IMG/VR virus record: IMGVR_UViG_3300043773_002546
Span: 96,001-160,000 of that record
Strand: one strand, 5' to 3'
DNA from: a virus
DNA: 64,000 nucleotides
Under the pieces are notes generated by a model. The model searched no databases, was not told where the DNA came from, and was given only the letters and a program-made list of their open reading frames with translations. How positions within the stretch are numbered: position 1 is the stretch's first letter; every line of letters begins with the position of its first letter. Below are positions 27,080 through 36,279 of the stretch, piece after piece. The position numbers and the translations under genes are program-made.

Positions 27080-28725
27080 ACCAGTTCGAGAAAGAGGCGA
27101 TTAACCTCCGCGGTATTCTGGAGACGGCCGCGCGCGGTGCCAAGTCTGTCGGCAGCGGCCTGGCGAGCGTGCCGGGGCGTGTGGCTGGCGCTCCGGGCGC
27201 CACGGGCAGCTTTGTCTTGAACACAGCGCGCCGCGGCCTGAACAACGCGGGCGCGGTCGGCGAAGCAGTGCTCCGCGGTGCTGTCGAGAACATTCCCATG
27301 AACGCGCGCGTGGCTGGGCCGATTTTTCACGCTTCGCAATCGATGAAGAACGTTGGCACGCGCACCGTCGGCGCGCTGCAGCGTGGCGCTGAGAAGCTCA
27401 CTGGCATGGGCCACACTGGTAAGTTTAATCCGCTCAATGTGGCTGTTGGCGCTGGCACGCTCTATGGTGGCGCCAAGGCGCTTGGTGTTGGCGGCGGCGG
27501 CGCGGCGCAAGCTGCACCTGCCGCGGCTCCGTCTGCTTCGCCCGCGCAGCAGTTCGGCGCGCAGGCGGCCCAACAAGCGGGCATGGGCGGCTTCGGCGGA
27601 TTTAGCCAGAAGGCCAAGGAAATGTGGGGCGCGCTGCCCACCGAGGCTAAGTGGGCGCTTGGCGCTGGTGTGCCTATGGCGCTGGCGGGCGGCCTGATGG
27701 GCGGCAAGGGTGGCTTGGGCCTGGGCGCGCTTGGTTTGGGCGCAGCGGGCTTGGGCGCTGCGGCGGGCGGTCTGCTGGGTGACGATGCCCGGCGCATGGT
27801 CGGCAAGGGCATGTACAACGTGGGCAGTTTCTTTGGCGGCGGCGGCAACGACCCCGGCTCGCAGATCGAGATGCTCAAGAAGTTTAGTCCCGGCCTGGGC
27901 TCTACGCTGCTCATGGGCCGCGACCCCAATCTCAGCGCAGCGCAGGCGCAAAAGCAGTACGAGTTTCTCACGCAGAACAGCGACATGATCAAGGCCCTGC
28001 TGCCGTCGATGCAGCAGAAGGGCGCCAGCGCGCTGTACGATATGACGATTAAGGGCGCGCGCTGCTGGAAGGGTTACGAGCCAGTGCCGGGCAAAGCGCC
28101 CTACAGCGAAGACTCCTGCCGCCCCGCGGGCAGCAAGAAGAAGAAACCCGCCGCCAAGAAGCAGGCCGCCAGCACGGTGTTTAAGCTCACCGAGAAGAAA
28201 CCCGAAGAAGTTGTGAATGGCGACAAGCCTTCCACCGAGGCAAGCAAGGAAGTTTCGGTAACACGTAGTGAGCCCGCAAAGAAAGAAGACCTGCGGCCGG
28301 AAGGCGCGCTTGGCGAACTGGGCAAGGAAGCTGCGCGTGGCGACATGACGAAAAAATTGTTGTCGTATCTTGGGAACAATACGCCGTTCCAAATGCACAA
28401 TTTTCCAGTGCCGGGCAGAATGCGGCCGCCAACTGATTCTTTGATGGCAAAATATCTGCCCAAAGAAAAACAACCTATGCAACAACTTGGGCAAGACTTG
28501 TTGGTTAAAGCAAAATCGTTTTTGCCTACGTCGGGCGGTATGCCAGAAAGAGGCGGCGGCTACTTCGACAATAATCAAAAAGATCTGGCCGACACGTTAA
28601 AAGCATTGCGCACAACGTACGGTAAATTTCACGGTGACATGCGCAGCGCATTGCCAAAAATGGACCCGCCGCCGTCGGCAACCGCAAACGCTACGTGGTT
28701 GGGCGCAAAAAAGCTGGCGCCCTGA
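27076..28725 (+). CDS. modular putative internal virion (poly)protein
   Basis: FEKEA start; Gly-zipper tract; RCWKGYEPVPGKAPYSEDSC module; KEAARGDM boundary. Confidence 0.8.
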   Translation: MNQFEKEAINLRGILETAARGAKSVGSGLASVPGRVAGAPGATGSFVLNTARRGLNNAGAVGEAVLRGAVENIPMNARVAGPIFHASQSMKNVGTRTVGALQRGAEKLTGMGHTGKFNPLNVAVGAGTLYGGAKALGVGGGGAAQAAPAAAPSASPAQQFGAQAAQQAGMGGFGGFSQKAKEMWGALPTEAKWALGAGVPMALAGGLMGGKGGLGLGALGLGAAGLGAAAGGLLGDDARRMVGKGMYNVGSFFGGGGNDPGSQIEMLKKFSPGLGSTLLMGRDPNLSAAQAQKQYEFLTQNSDMIKALLPSMQQKGASALYDMTIKGARCWKGYEPVPGKAPYSEDSCRPAGSKKKKPAAKKQAASTVFKLTEKKPEEVVNGDKPSTEASKEVSVTRSEPAKKEDLRPEGALGELGKEAARGDMTKKLLSYLGNNTPFQMHNFPVPGRMRPPTDSLMAKYLPKEKQPMQQLGQDLLVKAKSFLPTSGGMPERGGGYFDNNQKDLADTLKALRTTYGKFHGDMRSALPKMDPPPSATANATWLGAKKLAP

Positions 28726-28741
28726 TGGCTAACGAAAAGTC

Positions 28742-28769
28742 TTGACCCGATAACAATACGCGCTACAGT
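28742..28769 (+). promoter_or_regulatory. sigma70-like promoter
   Basis: TTGACC-16 bp-TACAGT upstream of 28816. Confidence 0.45.
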
Positions 28770-28815
28770 ACTCCTCACGGTTGGGAATCACTCCCTCCGT
28801 GAGGAGTATTTTTTT
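28769..28815 (+). terminator. hairpin plus T-tract
   Basis: TACTCCTCACGG/CCGTGAGGAGTA 12-bp stem then TTTTTTT. Confidence 0.7.
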
Positions 28816-29463
28816 GTGATTGCCACGGACGCGCGATACGAAACAGTCACAGTTACGTTCACAGACGAAGAGCGAGAGCTTATTGCTCATCACGCCGAGC
28901 AGGCCACGCTGCCGGTCGGCCGGTCTAAGATCTTTTGCGGCGACCAGGAAAATCTCGACCGGCGCGAGTTTGAGCGCAACGAAAACCAGCACACCGGCAT
29001 GGCCTGTGAAGCGGCGTTCTACAAGTGGGCCGCGCCGCTGGGTTCGGGCGACTTCGCGGCTTTTTTGGCCAACCGTGAGCTGCGCAACTCCGACAAGTTC
29101 ACGGGCGACAAGGGCATAGACTGCGTTCTGCCCGAGAACCTGCGCGTGGACATTAAAGGCTCCGAGCCGCAGGCTGGCAAGAGCCTGGACGTGTACACGG
29201 CGCTGAACTTGCATTTGACGCACGAGCGCGACAAGTCCCTGGCAGAAATACAGGACATCGCCTACGTGTTTGCCGTGACGCAGCGAGAACTGTCTGCGCC
29301 GTGCCGGGCGCCGAAATTTGTAATTCTTTCAGGCTGGCTCTGGGGCCGCGAGCTGTATGGCCGTGAAGATAAGAAATCTTTAGCGGGCTGGTCGGCCAAA
29401 GGCTGGTCATTACACAGAATGCACGAGTTTCCGGGCGTTGCGCAACTTGCAAACTGCGCTTAA
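28816..29463 (+). CDS. hypothetical protein, possible PD-(D/E)XK nuclease fold
   Basis: GMACEAAF...DKGID...VDIKGS pattern; GTG start. Confidence 0.55.
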   Translation: MIATDARYETVTVTFTDEERELIAHHAEQATLPVGRSKIFCGDQENLDRREFERNENQHTGMACEAAFYKWAAPLGSGDFAAFLANRELRNSDKFTGDKGIDCVLPENLRVDIKGSEPQAGKSLDVYTALNLHLTHERDKSLAEIQDIAYVFAVTQRELSAPCRAPKFVILSGWLWGRELYGREDKKSLAGWSAKGWSLHRMHEFPGVAQLANCA

Positions 29464-29509
29464 AATCGCGGTCGCTGGCATTAATTATTCGCGCAGTCAC
29501 GGAGGACAC

Positions 29510-29791
29510 ATGCGGGAGAGACGCAGGGAGGCGGTTCGACACTGGCGCCGCTCGCTCCACGCGGATGCGCCGAGTCGTGAAAAGTACCTGCGGAAGCGCG
29601 CGGTCGCATCGCCCGCGCTTCGCACTCCATCGGACAGCCGGAGTGCCGGGATGCTGCGGTTTGATATCAAATCGCGCTTAACGCGGGTTGCTGGGTTTCC
29701 AACGCCGTCCGAGCGCCTCCTTCGCCCCAACGCAACACGAGCACAAGCAGAGCACGAGCGGCTCTGCTGCCCGCGCCCAGCCCGTTTTTGA
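29510..29791 (+). CDS. Arg-rich hypothetical protein
   Basis: SD GGAGG 29501-29505, ATG 29510. Confidence 0.5.
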   Translation: MRERRREAVRHWRRSLHADAPSREKYLRKRAVASPALRTPSDSRSAGMLRFDIKSRLTRVAGFPTPSERLLRPNATRAQAEHERLCCPRPARF

Positions 29792-29800
29792 GGAGATGAC

Positions 29801-30277
29801 ATGAAGCTCGACCAGTTTTTGGAATTCATGAACGAAGACTTGATGCGCGAATGGACGCATCTGAAGTTTTATCTATATCACGCTAGTGCCGTGACGGGCC
29901 TGCATGCCGAAGAGTTTCGCGAGTGGCTCACCGACTCAGCCAAGGGCGAAATGGAGCACGTGCAGCAGTTTCTGGACCGGTTGTTCGGGCTGGCGTACGC
30001 GCAGCCCGCGCAAAGCGCGCACAGCTTTCCGATGCTGTTCATGCCTGCCGATATTCTGGCCTACGCCGCCAAATTGGAAAACGAGGTAGTCACTAAATAC
30101 GCCGAGCGGCTGAAGCAGCTCGAGGAAATGGATCACCCCACAGCCGCCTACTTAAAAGTGTTCTACGAAGATCAGCTCCAGGACAGCTTCGAGGACTGCG
30201 AACGCATTCTGCGCATGCTCAGCGGAGAAGTCGGCCAGGCGCACATTCGACAGTACCGCTACATTCCCAAAGACTGA
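29801..30277 (+). CDS. ferritin-like (bacterioferritin/Dps-like) protein
   Basis: Four-helix pattern with E..H motifs (REWTH, EMEH, LENE, SFED). Confidence 0.75.
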   Translation: MKLDQFLEFMNEDLMREWTHLKFYLYHASAVTGLHAEEFREWLTDSAKGEMEHVQQFLDRLFGLAYAQPAQSAHSFPMLFMPADILAYAAKLENEVVTKYAERLKQLEEMDHPTAAYLKVFYEDQLQDSFEDCERILRMLSGEVGQAHIRQYRYIPKD

Positions 30278-30281
30278 CTTT

Positions 30282-30353
30282 TCCGCGGTAGCACAACGGT
30301 AGTGCGGCGCACTGTTAATGCGTAGGTTGCAAGTTCGAATCTTGCCCGCGGAG
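30282..30353 (+). tRNA. trnN: tRNA-Asn(GUU)
   Basis: TCCGCGG/CCGCGGA acceptor, GCGCA-CTGTTAA-TGCGT anticodon arm, TTCGAAT T-loop, G73. Confidence 0.95.
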
Positions 30354-30361
30354 TTTATGGC

Positions 30362-30946
30362 GTGAAAGACAAAATTTTAGCGCTGCGCGCCGCAGGCCGG
30401 ACGTACAACGAAATCGCCGCAGAATTAGGAGTATCAAAGGGCTCGATCAGCTATCACTGCGGCGAAGGGCAAAAGGACAAAACGCGACGACGCAGGATCG
30501 CAGCACGAAAAATGGCACACCCGCTGACGCGCAAGATCGAAAATTTCTGCCTAGATTTTCGCCGGTCGCGTACGACGCACAAACTTTTGTACCGCAAGAT
30601 GGTTTCGTTTTGTCGTGAAAAAACAGGGAAGTTCACAAGCGACATGGCAACCTTTACAATTCCGCAGCTGCTTGAAAAAATTGGCGACGACCCAAAATGC
30701 GCTTTGACCGGGCGCCCCGTTGATTTGCTGGACGCGTCGTCGTACGCGCTTGATCATGTTGTTCCCCGCGCAAAAGGCGGCGCCAACTCCCTCGACAACT
30801 GCCAGCTTGTGTGCAGCGCCGCAAACCAAGCAAAACACGATATGCTGCAGGACGAATTCGTCAAATTGTGCGAAGAGGTCGTAGCGCACGCGCAGCGGCA
30901 GAAATACCTGCCCCTGGAAGCATATACAGGCAAGTGTGGCACATGA
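30362..30946 (+). mobile_element. free-standing HNH endonuclease with N-terminal HTH
   Basis: RTYNEIAAELGVSKGSISYHC (HTH); LDHVVPRAKGGANSLDNCQLVCSAANQAK (HNH). Confidence 0.85.
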
Positions 30947-31425
30947 CGCATGATGCGGTTTATTTGCGCGAAGCGTGCCGCGTAGCTGCGCTGGAAAGCC
31001 AGGATCCGCGTACGCAAAACGGCGCCTTGCTGCGAGCGCGCAACGGTATTGTAATTACGGCGGCCAATCAACTGCCGTCGATTGTGCCCATTCGCGACCG
31101 GCTGCACACCGACGCCAAGTATGCCTACCTTGAGCACGCCGAGCGGCACGTGATTTACAAAGCCGCCCGCGCCGGAATCGCCACGCACGACGCCACGCTG
31201 TACTGCCCGTGGTTTGCCTGCGCTGACTGCGCCCGGGCGATCATTCTGGCGGGTATCTCTCGGGTGGTGGGCCACGCCAAGGCGCGGGCGCTTACGCCTG
31301 AGCGCTGGCAGGCCACAATCGCCACAGCCGACACCATGCTGCACGAGGTGGGCGTGGAGCTGCTGCTTTTGGACGAGTCGTTGGGCACAAGTTTTCTTTT
31401 CAACGGGCAGCTGCTGGAGCTGTGA
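30943..31425 (+). CDS. dCMP deaminase
   Basis: HAERHVI, PWFACADCARAI; ATGA overlap. Confidence 0.92.
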   Translation: MTHDAVYLREACRVAALESQDPRTQNGALLRARNGIVITAANQLPSIVPIRDRLHTDAKYAYLEHAERHVIYKAARAGIATHDATLYCPWFACADCARAIILAGISRVVGHAKARALTPERWQATIATADTMLHEVGVELLLLDESLGTSFLFNGQLLEL

Positions 31426-31447
31426 CCGGTAGGAAACAGGAAAGCAT

Positions 31448-31978
31448 ATGAAACGGCGAGATGATCTTGGTCCGTGGATGACGGATCGCGGCTACAAAAT
31501 CGCAGCGGAAATCGGCGTGTGGCGCGGAGAATTTTCTGCGCGTGTACTCAGCACGTGGGGCGGGCAGCTGCACATGGTCGACGCCTGGAGGCACCTGGAA
31601 AACTATCAGGACATGTGCAACTTACCGGACGCTGAACACGAAAAGTGTTTTCAGCGGGCGCTGTCTGTTGCCGAAGCGTTTACGCCCCGCGCCGTCGTAT
31701 TGCGCGAGCTTTCGCCGGTAGCGGCAAACAGTTTTTCGGACGGGTTCTTTGACCTGGTGTATCTGGACGCAAATCACAGCTACGAGGCTGTGATGGCGGA
31801 TCTGCGGGCCTGGACGGCAAAGGTCCGTGCTGGCGGCGTTGTGTGCGGACACGACTACCTGGACGGCGTGCGCAAAGAAGGCGTCTTTGGCGTCAAAACA
31901 GCTGTAAACGAGTTTTTTGGTCGTCCGCCCGAACTTGTGACTGAAGAGCAGTATCCGAGCTGGTTTTACACGCTGTGA
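31448..31978 (+). CDS. class I SAM methyltransferase, paralog of the C-domain of 20039..21418
   Basis: AEIGVWRG, LVYLDANHSYEAV, CGHDY. Confidence 0.9.
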   Translation: MKRRDDLGPWMTDRGYKIAAEIGVWRGEFSARVLSTWGGQLHMVDAWRHLENYQDMCNLPDAEHEKCFQRALSVAEAFTPRAVVLRELSPVAANSFSDGFFDLVYLDANHSYEAVMADLRAWTAKVRAGGVVCGHDYLDGVRKEGVFGVKTAVNEFFGRPPELVTEEQYPSWFYTL

Positions 31979-32490
31979 CGCCGTACCGTAAAACCACCAT
32001 CGCCATCGACTTTGACCGGACGTTTACCAGCGACGTCGACTTTTGGCGGCTGTTTATTCAGCAGGCGGTTAAACGGGGCCACAAAGTGCTCTGCGTCACC
32101 GGCCGGACCGACACGCCGTACAGTCGCGCGCAACTCTCCGGAATTTTCGGAGAGTTCACGTTTTCTCTCTTAACTTGTTGCATTTTTTGCAACCACTCGC
32201 CCAAGCGGCAGACAGCGCTGGCCGCGGGTCACGACATCGATATCTGGATTGACGACCTGCCAGAGGGCGTAGGCGCGGCAGACGCTGAGACATTTCGTAA
32301 ACTAGAGAAAACGCGGCCGGTGTGTGAGACATTAGATATCTTTGACAACGACGCCGTGCATCCGTTTACAATCTGGACGCCAGACTATGACGCTTACCTC
32401 GTTGGCCGTGGCCGCTGCTGCGTTTGTGGTGGGATACCTACTGGGAAGAATGGACACGCTTCTAGCGGCCCTGCGGGGCCAAGCGAGTAA
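31975..32490 (+). CDS. HAD-superfamily hydrolase
   Basis: IAIDFDRTF, VTGR, IWIDD. Confidence 0.85.
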   Translation: MTPYRKTTIAIDFDRTFTSDVDFWRLFIQQAVKRGHKVLCVTGRTDTPYSRAQLSGIFGEFTFSLLTCCIFCNHSPKRQTALAAGHDIDIWIDDLPEGVGAADAETFRKLEKTRPVCETLDIFDNDAVHPFTIWTPDYDAYLVGRGRCCVCGGIPTGKNGHASSGPAGPSE

Positions 32491-32698
32491 CGCGCCGCAG
32501 GGGTTTTTTGCTAAAACAAAGGGCCAGGAGCGCGCCCAGTTCGCCTCAGACATTGAAATTGATTCTCGCAAGATAGTGTCACAAATTGACACAAACGCGC
32601 TAAAAAACGTTACGCAAATCCAGCTTGGGAAGCAGGTCGTCGCTCAAGACGACATTCACGCGTCGGTTAACAAACTGGCGCAACTGAAAGGTAAGTAA
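32387..32698 (+). CDS. membrane-anchored protein upstream of the actin-like gene
   Basis: TM LAVAAAAFVVGYLLG; C-terminal SVNKLAQLKGK. Confidence 0.75.
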   Translation: MTLTSLAVAAAAFVVGYLLGRMDTLLAALRGQASNAPQGFFAKTKGQERAQFASDIEIDSRKIVSQIDTNALKNVTQIQLGKQVVAQDDIHASVNKLAQLKGK

Positions 32699-32699
32699 T

Positions 32700-32987
32700 A
32701 TGAACGCGTACGAGTTTGGCAGGCGCGTGGGCAACACGCTGTGCAAACAGGCGGCAAAGAGCGTGTTTAATTCGTCTGGAACTTATTCGGGCGGTGTGCA
32801 GACGCACGACGCGCAGGGAAACGCTTTGCAGTTGAATCCGGCCGCGCAGCAACGCGTTAACTCTATTAACAAGATTCGCGCAATGAACCGCGGCGAGGCG
32901 CCGGTGGGACCAGTTACAGCAACGCAGGCGCCGCCGTCCGCTGCGGGGCCGCAGGTAACTCGGACAAAATCGCGGTCAGCCTTTTAA
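32700..32987 (+). CDS. small protein with YEFG..KQAA N-terminal module
   Basis: MNAYEFGRRVGNTLCKQAA. Confidence 0.7.
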   Translation: MNAYEFGRRVGNTLCKQAAKSVFNSSGTYSGGVQTHDAQGNALQLNPAAQQRVNSINKIRAMNRGEAPVGPVTATQAPPSAAGPQVTRTKSRSAF

Positions 32988-33002
32988 TTTTTAGGAGCGC
33001 AC

Positions 33003-34007
33003 ATGGCAAAGGGACTCGACGTTGGTACTTCTTTTGTGGTTTTGGCCCGCGACGCCGAAGACGGTGCCGTGGCCTATAAGGACTTCCGGGACGCGTTTTA
33101 CACGATTAAACCCAGCAGCCCCGTGGCGCAGAAGATGATCGAAAAAGGCCTGACGGGCAAAACGTTCGTCAAGGACGCCGACGGAACGTTTATTCTCTTG
33201 GGCCAGGACGCCATCGAGAAAGCTGTGGAGCGCAATGACTCGGCCAAGCGCCCGATGCACCGCGGCGTGGTCAGTGCCAAGGAGAAGGACGCCAAGCGGA
33301 TTCTGGCCTACATTCTCAAGGAAGTCGCTGGGCAGGCCAGCGAGCCGGGCGAGAAGCTTGTATTTTGTATTCCTGCGCAGCCGGTAGACCAGGAAGACGA
33401 GGATTTCGACGTGGGTTATCACGAAGACGTCGTCAAGAGCATTTTGGCGGAGTGCGGCTACGAGGCCAGAGCCATTAACGAGGCCGAGGCGCTCTGTTAC
33501 TCAGAGCTCGAGCGCGACGACTACACCGGCGTGGCGCTGTCCTGTGGCGCCGGAATGGTCAACTGCTGCGTGATGCTTAACGGCGAGCCCACGGTCATGT
33601 TCAGCACCACCAAGTCGGGCGACTGGGTGGACCGCATGGCCGCTGTGGCAACTACCGAGCCGGACTCGGTAGTTCAAGTTGAGAAGGAGCACGGGGATTT
33701 CACCATTGGCCAGCCCACGGACAACGTGATTCTGGCAGCGGTCTCTAGCTACTACGAGCGCCTGATCGATTACACGACTAAGCAGCTTGCCGCAGCCATG
33801 ACCGGCCACAAGCTTCTGCCGAAGTTCAAGAGCCCGCTGCCGGTGGTCATTGCCGGTGGCACGAGCCAGGCCCGTGGTTTTGTGGAGCTGTTCCGCGCCA
33901 AGCTCGACGAGAACAGTTTTCCGCTGCCGGTTTCAGAAGTCCGGCATGCCAAAGACGCGCTGCACGCCGTGGCGCGTGGTTGTCTGGTCGCGGCCAAAGT
34001 TCTATGA
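33003..34007 (+). CDS. actin-fold ATPase (MreB/FtsA/ParM superfamily)
   Basis: GLDVGTS (phosphate 1), INEAEA (connect 1), SCGAGMVN (phosphate 2), VIAGGTS (adenosine). Confidence 0.88.
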   Translation: MAKGLDVGTSFVVLARDAEDGAVAYKDFRDAFYTIKPSSPVAQKMIEKGLTGKTFVKDADGTFILLGQDAIEKAVERNDSAKRPMHRGVVSAKEKDAKRILAYILKEVAGQASEPGEKLVFCIPAQPVDQEDEDFDVGYHEDVVKSILAECGYEARAINEAEALCYSELERDDYTGVALSCGAGMVNCCVMLNGEPTVMFSTTKSGDWVDRMAAVATTEPDSVVQVEKEHGDFTIGQPTDNVILAAVSSYYERLIDYTTKQLAAAMTGHKLLPKFKSPLPVVIAGGTSQARGFVELFRAKLDENSFPLPVSEVRHAKDALHAVARGCLVAAKVL

Positions 34008-34016
34008 GGTGCCGAC

Positions 34017-35312
34017 ATGCGCACCTGGGACTTTTTTGACACGCTCTTGGGGCGCGCCTGCGGGGAACCCTGGCGCGTGTTCGAGCTGATGGGCGGCGAG
34101 GAGTTTAAACTCGTTCGTCAGGAAGCGGAGCAGAAGAGCGACAAGACGTTTGCAGGGATTTACAAATCGCTGCAGAAGCTGACGCGCTGGTCGGACGAGA
34201 AGATCGCCGCCCTGGCCGCCGAGGAGCTGGAATGGGAGCGCAAGCTGGCTTTTCCCATCAGCGCAAACCTCTCTCAGGTCCGGCCTGACGACACGGTGAT
34301 CACTGACACCTACTTCGACGCCGCACAGATTCGCGCGCTAGGCGACGCAATCAACCTGCCACCGGTAAAGATTCACGCCAGTTACGGCGACAAGCACCAC
34401 GGGCGGATTTGGAAGCAGTTCAAGGACGCCAAGACGCCCGTGCACCTGCACACCGGCGACAACCAACACGCCGATTACACCATGGCCCGCCGTTACGGCA
34501 TTCCGGCTGTCTGGTACTCCGACGGCGATTACACGCCTTTCGAGAAAACTCTGCAGCGCGCCGGGTATTGGGACGTGGCTGGGCTGGCCCGCTGTGTGCG
34601 TCTGCAAAATCCCTATGACCCGCGCGACCTTCGCGCCGCTGCTTACCACAAGCAGGCTGCTTACAACATTCCGTTTCTGTTGTTGATCTCGGTCCGCTTG
34701 AAGCAGTACATGGATGCCAACGGCCGGGAGCACATTTACTTTGTAACCCGCGACATGGGCCTAGTTCATCGCGTGTTTCGGCATCTGTATCCCGAGGTAT
34801 CGGCTGAGACGTTTTACGCCAGTCGCCAGACGTACCTGCACGCTAGCGCCCGTTACCTGGACTACGCCCGTGCTTGCGCCGTCAAACCTAAAGCGTTGTT
34901 TGTAGATCTGCAGGGCACCGGCAAGAGCGCGCTGGCGTTTCAGGACAAGCACGGAATCGCCATGGAGTACCTGTTCTGCGCCGCGCCCGTTAAGCTCCAG
35001 CCCATACTGCCGGTGCTCTATCGCATCAAAAGCTACGGCACCGAATTGGAGGTGTTTAACTATGCCACTCAGGGGCGCGTGCTGGACGTGAACGCCGGGC
35101 AGCCGGTGCGCGATAAGCTTGAATATGACGTGACGCTCGTCGAGGCCGCGCACCGGGCCGTGGACTGCCTGCTCAAACACGTCTTTCGCGTGCCAAAGGC
35201 GCCTACGGAAGAAATTATGCAGCAGGTGTTTCAGCAGAACCGTAACGCCCTGCGCGCTCTGGTGCAGCAGCACGTCGTCGACCACAAAAAGACTACGCCC
35301 GATGCCGCCTGA
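34017..35312 (+). CDS. HAD-like hydrolase, glycan-pathway associated type
   Basis: WDFFDTLLGR, ITDTY, HTGDN..AD; RDMGLV; FVDLQGTGKS. Confidence 0.8.
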   Translation: MRTWDFFDTLLGRACGEPWRVFELMGGEEFKLVRQEAEQKSDKTFAGIYKSLQKLTRWSDEKIAALAAEELEWERKLAFPISANLSQVRPDDTVITDTYFDAAQIRALGDAINLPPVKIHASYGDKHHGRIWKQFKDAKTPVHLHTGDNQHADYTMARRYGIPAVWYSDGDYTPFEKTLQRAGYWDVAGLARCVRLQNPYDPRDLRAAAYHKQAAYNIPFLLLISVRLKQYMDANGREHIYFVTRDMGLVHRVFRHLYPEVSAETFYASRQTYLHASARYLDYARACAVKPKALFVDLQGTGKSALAFQDKHGIAMEYLFCAAPVKLQPILPVLYRIKSYGTELEVFNYATQGRVLDVNAGQPVRDKLEYDVTLVEAAHRAVDCLLKHVFRVPKAPTEEIMQQVFQQNRNALRALVQQHVVDHKKTTPDAA

Positions 35313-35931
35313 CAACTGGCGCGAGATTCCGGCGTTTGTGATCAATCTTGACCGGCGGCAAGACCGCTGGGCGCAGGCGCAGCAGGAGTTTGCGCGCTTT
35401 GGCTGGCCAGTCATGCGTTATTCCGCTGTGGAGGCGCAGCCGGGCTGGAAAGGCTGTCTCGCCAGTCACCGCGAGGTTTGGCAATACGCCGTGATTATGC
35501 ACTTGCCGGTTGTAGCGGTGTTTGAGGACGATGTGGTATTTCCAAATGATTTCATTGATATCTTTGACGCGGCGTTAAAAGAGCTGCCTGCTGACTGGGC
35601 GTTCTGGCAGCTGCACAGTTCGCGCGCAAAGTACCGACCGCAGGGGCGTTACATCGCGCAGCTGCTTTCTCGCGGCTGGGGTACGCACGGGTATCTTGTG
35701 ACCAACGAGGGCTGCCAGCAGCTTTTGGCGCTTGCTGAAAATAAAGCTGACAGCCTGGTCACTGCGGATTTTATTCGCGCAGGAGGCAAACCTTACGGTG
35801 TTTTGCCGTCCCACACGCTCTGTTTTCAGCGCGGCGAAGACTCCGATATCGCTGAAACCGCCCAAACAACGTTTTGGCGCCAACAACGCGCTGCGCATGC
35901 CGCCAGGTTTTCCGGTAGCGCAAAAACTTAA
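35302..35931 (+). CDS. glycosyltransferase family 25
   Basis: FVINLDRRQDRW, GCLASH, VFEDD, WGTHGY. Confidence 0.88.
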   Translation: MPPDNWREIPAFVINLDRRQDRWAQAQQEFARFGWPVMRYSAVEAQPGWKGCLASHREVWQYAVIMHLPVVAVFEDDVVFPNDFIDIFDAALKELPADWAFWQLHSSRAKYRPQGRYIAQLLSRGWGTHGYLVTNEGCQQLLALAENKADSLVTADFIRAGGKPYGVLPSHTLCFQRGEDSDIAETAQTTFWRQQRAAHAARFSGSAKT

Positions 35932-36279
35932 AACGCGTTATCTATTATGGCAGTTCTTTGACAACTCGTTTTGTGCCAGCGTTGGAAAACGCGATAATTG
36001 AGTCTTGCGCAGGTTACTGCGCTTGAAGCCGCAGGTTAGTCGTGGTGGTCGACTGGTTAGGTGTTAGCGCCCCAAACAGGGATGTGACGGGCGTTAACGT
36101 GTTCCGTGGTCAGATTAAGTCGTGAGCACGGTTGGCGGGCGGTGAATACCACACGGGGCAAATTACGCCTTTGAAAGTCATCGCGGAGCTTTAGTTCGCT
36201 AAAGCCGGACCTGTGGACAGGGGATCCCAGGAGCTTGCGGAATGCAGATAGGTTTACAGACGCGGCAGGAGCTGGCGAA

